The translations under genes were made by a program, and so were the position numbers. A DNA stretch of 64,000 nt from the human T2T-CHM13v2.0 reference genome, Homo sapiens: assembly GCF_009914755.1 (NCBI RefSeq), contig NC_060937.1. One strand, given 5' to 3'. Shown piece by piece: positions 58,180-64,000 of the stretch. Numbering within the stretch: the stretch's first letter is position 1; each line of letters opens with the position of its first letter. Below the pieces are notes generated by a model that searched no databases, had not been told where the DNA came from, and worked only from the letters and a program-made list of their open reading frames with translations.

Positions 58180-58287
58180 TGCGTGAACAGAGCCCCTGTT
58201 TGCCCAAAACTCCCCCAGTTTTATAGCACTGGGAGTCCCAGGGGCAATCTCTTGGTCCTGGGCAAACCAGGATGGTTGATCACCCTG
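58180..58287. mobile_element. hAT-Blackjack MITE relic (MER81/MER94-like)
   Basis: GTTTGCCC...GTCCTGGGCAAACCAGGATGGTTGATCACCCT. Confidence 0.7.
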
Positions 58288-58616
58288 GGAGAGAAAGAAT
58301 TCCCAAATCCATTCCCACCAAAGAAATTCTGAAATAAAAAGGGCTTTTTGTCTAGCTCAAAGCACCCTTCCTACCCACCCACTGACTCGGTGGTTCTGGC
58401 TCCTTCCTGAATACATGGTGAGTGGACTGTGCTGGGAAGGTAAACAAAAGGAGAAATCCCTTCTTTTCTCTTCATAAGTTCTCTGATTGGTGCCTCTTTC
58501 CCATGGCCAACTCAGGTACTGACAGCAGATGAAGTTCTTGGTAAATGAGAATCTCATCCACCTACAAACAGTAAGCTGTACATTCCGAAGAGGCTGTAAG
58601 ATGTTTCTCCCTAAAT

Positions 58617-58772
58617 CAGTGGTGTCAGCACCACCCACTTGTTAGACATGCAAATCATCAGGCCTTACCTCAGACCTACTGCACCAGGAGCCCTGGGGTG
58701 GGAGCCCAGCAAGCTGTGTTTTAATAAATCCCCCAGGTGATTCTGAGGCATGCTCCAGTTTGAGAACTGCTA
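58617..58772. mobile_element. MER5A
   Basis: CTTGTTAGACATGCAAAT...CAGACCTACTG...GCCCAGCAAGCTGTGTTTTAA...CCAGGTGATTCTGA...AGTTTGAGAAC. Confidence 0.85.
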
Positions 58773-58818
58773 CTCTAGAGACGGATTTTGAAAGATCAGC
58801 TATCATAGGTATGCCTGA

Positions 58819-59208
<390 letters not shown>

Positions 59209-59355
59209 GAGCTTAAAGAATTTTTATTGCAGTCCAAACAATGGCTAAACATAATTTTCTTGCCTGATTTATACCCCATGAAGTAGCTAGCCTGTTTCAC
59301 CATTAGGTTACACTCAGGTCCAGAATGACTATGTTTTCTCATTCTCCAAATCTCC

Positions 59356-59379
59356 AAAAAAAAAAAAAAAAAAAAAAAA
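59356..59379. repeat. Isolated A24 homopolymer
   Basis: Directly visible. Confidence 0.9.
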
Positions 59380-60929
59380 GCTTAGAGGACAACTACAATC
59401 TGGATGGGGGTAAGCAATAGAACAATCACCATTTTAATTGGAAAGGATCTCCAGCAAACATTCATCTGTGGCACAACCATGCGCTGGGGTCAGAAATTGT
59501 CACCCCTGAGAATAAAAGCATCAGTAGATTCTGAAGAATGTGGTTAGATGTCACCTTCTCTCCTCCTCTCCTCCTTTCCACACTGTCACCCTCACCACAC
59601 CTATCTTTTCCTCCCCCTGGAAAAAAAAAAAAAGCAGAAATTGGATCCTAGAAAAGTGCAGGCGCCTCTCCAATGCTGGCCCTGTCAGGGAAGTGACACC
59701 TCTCCGTTAGGCCTGTTGGTCTCTGCCCTCCTGGACAAGCCCACTTCAAAGTTGCCCAGCAGCCTAGCTTCCTGGCCTTTAGAAATGGTGATGGATTCAT
59801 TTAGAATCAGGGGCTACCGAGCTGGGAGCTGAGGTGCTGCCGAAATGGCAGGTGGTTGGCGGTGGCTTGACAGCAATTAAATGTACAAATCTTTGATTAG
59901 GCTCCCGGGAATGGAGTCATTAGCAACCCTGAACAGACCAGCTTGCTTTCCACCGCCTCATTAACTGCTCCGCTAATGTTACTTTAAAAAGCCGAGGGGA
60001 TGAGGGGAAAAAGAACACCTATCCAACACAGAATGAGTGACAAAGCAGAAAGGGAGGGGAAGAGGCCGGGGTAAGCATTTCTAACTGAACAAACAGGTCC
60101 CTGCTTTTTTCATGCTGTGGTCGCTGACATGAGTGTGCACATTTGCTGGACTGTGAAATAGCCCCATACCTGTCTGATTCATCTGCCAAGAAGGGCTTTT
60201 TTTCTTCTTTTTTCTAATCTGCCTTTTCAAAATCCCGGTTGATTCACTCTTCCAGCCAAAGCCTCCGTTTTGGCTCAAAGTCCACATCTATCAGATCTAG
60301 AGTGGGGCTACTGCACAGCTGTCTCCACCTTTCCAAAGAGTGGTCTGTCTGGAGTCTGCATTCCACCCTTTGGGAGCCACAGAAGCTGTGTTAATACTCC
60401 ACCTCTGTTGCGTGATCCTGGCTCCCACTGTGATGTTCATCTATCTCCCAGGGATGGCATCCCCAATTGATGTCTACCTGGCAGGTTTCCTCCGTATTAT
60501 TAGAGAGCTAAGGTCTGGCTAAGCACAGCCATGCATGTTGAAACATCTTCCCAACAGGGAGCTTTAAAACAAGAGGGAAATGTGTCTCACAACCTTAATG
60601 TAAAATCCTGTGTGATCATTTATTTGATTAAACTGAATTCATTGCACAATTTATTATTTTTATTTTTCTCAACCTGCCAGTCACTGGATTAATATTTATA
60701 AAGTATGCGCCACACATACTTATTGATCATCTGTTATAAACGTCATTAATTTGTTGTGGAAAATCTACAGGTGAAGGACGGTCTCTATCTTTGAGTTTAG
60801 AATCTATTAGAAAGAAGCATCCTATGCATCTTCCCTCGTTTTTTTATTTATTTATTCAACAAACATTTGTCATGCGCCTGCTTAGTTTAAGCATTGTTCT
60901 TGTCAATAAAAATATGAAGGACAACATAG

Positions 60930-61150
60930 TATAATAATTATAATTGCATACTATCTGATAAGCATTTTATATGCATTAATTAATTTAATTATCGCAGCAA
61001 CTCTGAAAGGTAGTATTTTTATCTCCGTTTTAAAGATAAGGGAACTGAAGCACGGAGAGGTTAAGTAACTTGCCCACGGTCACACTATTGGTAAATAGCA
61101 GAGCTGAGATTTAAGCCTAGGCAGTCTGGCCGCTTAACAACTATGCTGTG
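60930..61150 (-). mobile_element. MIR
   Basis: AGATAAGGGAACTGAAGCACGGAGAGGTTAAGTAACTTGCCCACGGTCACAC...GCAGAGCTGAGATTTAAGCCTAGGCAGTCTG. Confidence 0.85.
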
Positions 61151-62505
61151 CTCCTTTGAGGTGCTTTTAGCTTAACGGGGAAGACAAACATTAAAACCAA
61201 CCATTTCAATACAACGTGATTAGCACATCTGGGTAAAGTATATAAAAAATACATGATAGGGAGAAAAGGGAATTATTAACTGTCCATGGAAAACAATTCA
61301 TAGTTGAAATGATACTTGATCTGGGGTTTGAATCAAGAAGAAAACAAAGCCATAGCCTTCAAGAAATTTTAATCTAATAAACTAGTTCACTAAATGTCCT
61401 TGCCACTGTTACGACATAAGTTTCGAAACAAATATATCAAATAAATGGAAAATTCTGAAAAGGAAAATATCACATCCAAGTTTGAGGGTATTGGCAGGAA
61501 AGACTTTAACCAAGGAGGTGATATCTAAGGAAGCCTGTAGGGGCTGGTCGAAGTCAAGGATGGAGCCTTGGTAAAAGCAGAGAAGATGGGAGAAGAGAAA
61601 AAAAAAGGATTGGAGGAGGGAGAACAGAGAGAACAAAGATAAAGGTGTTTTCAAGAAGGTGAGCATAAGGACATATGTTGGAAGAATGGTCTGAGCTGAA
61701 ATATGAAGGACATTGAATGAGAGATTTTATCTAATTCTAGAAATGTATTGACGGTTTTAGGAGTAGGAGAGTGAAATAAAAATGACTTAGGAATACCAAA
61801 GAAAGCAATAGAGAAATACAATCAAATAAATATAATGAAAAAGTACATTTTCAAGCCAAGAAATATAAGGGGCTATTGTTACTCAGAATAACAACCTACT
61901 ACAAAGAGTTTTTACGAAGCTCAAATACGGTAACAGGAGGCATTTCTTTGCAAACCATAATGTGCCGCACAAATGCCATTATTACTTTCAACAATATATT
62001 TATGTGACCTTTATAATTCATTTGTCTTTTGTACAAAGTTAGGAGGCTCCATAAGTTATCTGCATGTCTCCAAGGGCCATTAAAATGGGACAGGCCATCT
62101 CAAAGAAGCTTTTTATTTTGCAGTTGACAATAACGAGAGGCCTTTCTAAACTATGTACCAGAGGAATCAGAATGTGCATTCTCAGAGCTCCTTGGCCTCC
62201 TGAGGAGGAGGCACTTCTAGAGGGGTGGGGGTTCTTCCTCTATGGCCACTACTGAGGGGGTGGGTCCCTAACAAGGGAGAGGAAGTAATTATTGCTCTTG
62301 TGCCACCACCAGCAACAACAACCAAAAAAGATGGTTCTGCTGATTAAACTAAGGTAGCAGGACAAACTTATTTACTAAATTTTTAACATTTTCATCCAGC
62401 CAATTGATTTCTATTAAGTCACTGCCTGTTTCTTTTAAAAATAAACTCTTGGTCTTTTGTTCCACTCTTATTTTGTTCCACCTATATGTTCCAGATGCTT
62501 GTTAA

Positions 62506-62835
<330 letters not shown>

Positions 62836-63041
62836 CCTTCTGTCACTTCTATCTAGAGTTGAATGCCCTGCCCTCAGCATTTCTGCACAACGATCCCTCT
62901 TCCCTTGCTAACACTACATGAAGTCCACGCTAGCCCCCAGGTCACAGGGAAATACCTGATTGCTATGGGAGCTCATCCAGTGAAGTCAGGAACTTCCAAA
63001 TCTTTAAGCTGATTGATAACCCCAGGACAAGGAGAAAGAGA

Positions 63042-63352
63042 CTTTTATTTTTTACTTTTTTTTTTAGTGGCAGAATTTTCCTGTCACTGAGGCTGCAGTG
63101 CAGTGGTACAGTCATAGCTCGCTGCAGCCTTAAATTCCTGGGCCCAAGTGATCCTCCCACCTCAGCCTCCTGAGTAGCTGGGACCACAGGTGCAGCCCCG
63201 ATGCCCAGCTAATTAAAAAAAAAAAAAAAGTTGTGTAGAGACAGGTTCTCCCTATGTTGCCTAGGCTGGTCTCAAACTCCTGGCTTCTAGTGATCCTCCC
63301 TCCTGGACCTCCCAGAGCACTGGGATTATGGGTGTGAGACACTGTACCAGTC
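63042..63352 (-). mobile_element. AluJ
   Basis: ATAGCTCGCTGCAGCCTT, AAGTGATCCTCCCACCTCAG and CTATGTTGCCTAGGCTGG (J diagnostics); flanks AGAAAGA(G/A)ACTTTT. Confidence 0.9.
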
Positions 63353-64000
63353 TAGAAAGAAACTTTTAAGGTTAAATATATTGTTTTTCATGATTATGAA
63401 TTGGAGCAAAAATAAAAATGGGGTCTCATCCATGAAATAATGATAAGACAGACATAATCTCTTTTGAGATAATTTCTTGTCCTTGAGCCTTTTGGGGATA
63501 AATAAGAAGACAGAAGGACTATCATTAGCTTTCCTGAGCTTATTTTCATGGCTTTTCCTTGAAACTACCATTTCACCAGCATCCCCAATTGCCTTTGCAT
63601 TCCTGGACTTTCTCTGTGCCTAAGTGGCAAAGCTCCAAGCCTGAGTGAATACTACAGTCTGCATTTCTCATCTTAAACTCAATTCATTAAATGAGGAAGG
63701 AGAAATATTGCCCAGCATTGCAGATGGGTGCTGCCGTCAATTCATGGTCTTCCATTTTTCTCTTGTCCTTCCACAGTCCCCTTTGGGTAGAAACTCCAAA
63801 TCTTCACAATTCTCCAGAGAGGTCTTAATAATCTACTGTATCCCTCACTTATAGCACATGGCCTCCACTTCCACATATTTTAAAAACTTGAGACTGTTAT
63901 GTGCAAACTTCAAGGTGGTGCACACCTACAAAAGCTTTCATCCACTCATTTTTTGCCAAGAACCTAACAAAAGATGGAAAAGATGGTGGGTTTTGCCTGT

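Noticed and set aside
59356-59379. A24 run as the tail of a processed pseudogene
   Set aside because: No upstream polyadenylation signal, mRNA-like body or TSD seen

Overview
Primate, very probably human, non-coding genomic DNA. It is AT-rich, CpG-depleted, has no CpG island and looks intergenic or deep intronic. I find no credible protein-coding exon: the long ORFs fall in Alu, L1, L2 or LTR remnants or in simple repeats, or have no recognisable protein character. The window is a mosaic of 16 Alu elements (J, S and Y classes, including an almost perfect human-lineage AluYg6), L1PB/L1ME/HAL1-type LINE pieces, many MIR/L2/L3 relics, solo LTRs (LTR12/ERV9, MLT1, MLT2, MSTD, MER21, LTR16/33-like) and DNA-transposon relics (MADE1, MER2/MER8-like, MER5, MER81/94). 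Between them are repeat-free AT-rich islands rich in homeodomain/TALE/FOX motifs that resemble developmental enhancers (inference only). The most unusual structures are: (i) a diverged ~138-bp two-copy direct repeat (about 85% identity) with a weak H/ACA-RNA-like layout, (ii) an AluY flanked by a 65-bp target-site duplication, (iii) an orphan inverted 26-bp copy of a MER21 terminus, and (iv) a possibly chimeric L1 insertion. I cannot support a claim of a new biological system from sequence alone. Repeat subfamily names are from recall of consensus sequences, and the boundaries of old repeats are approximate.
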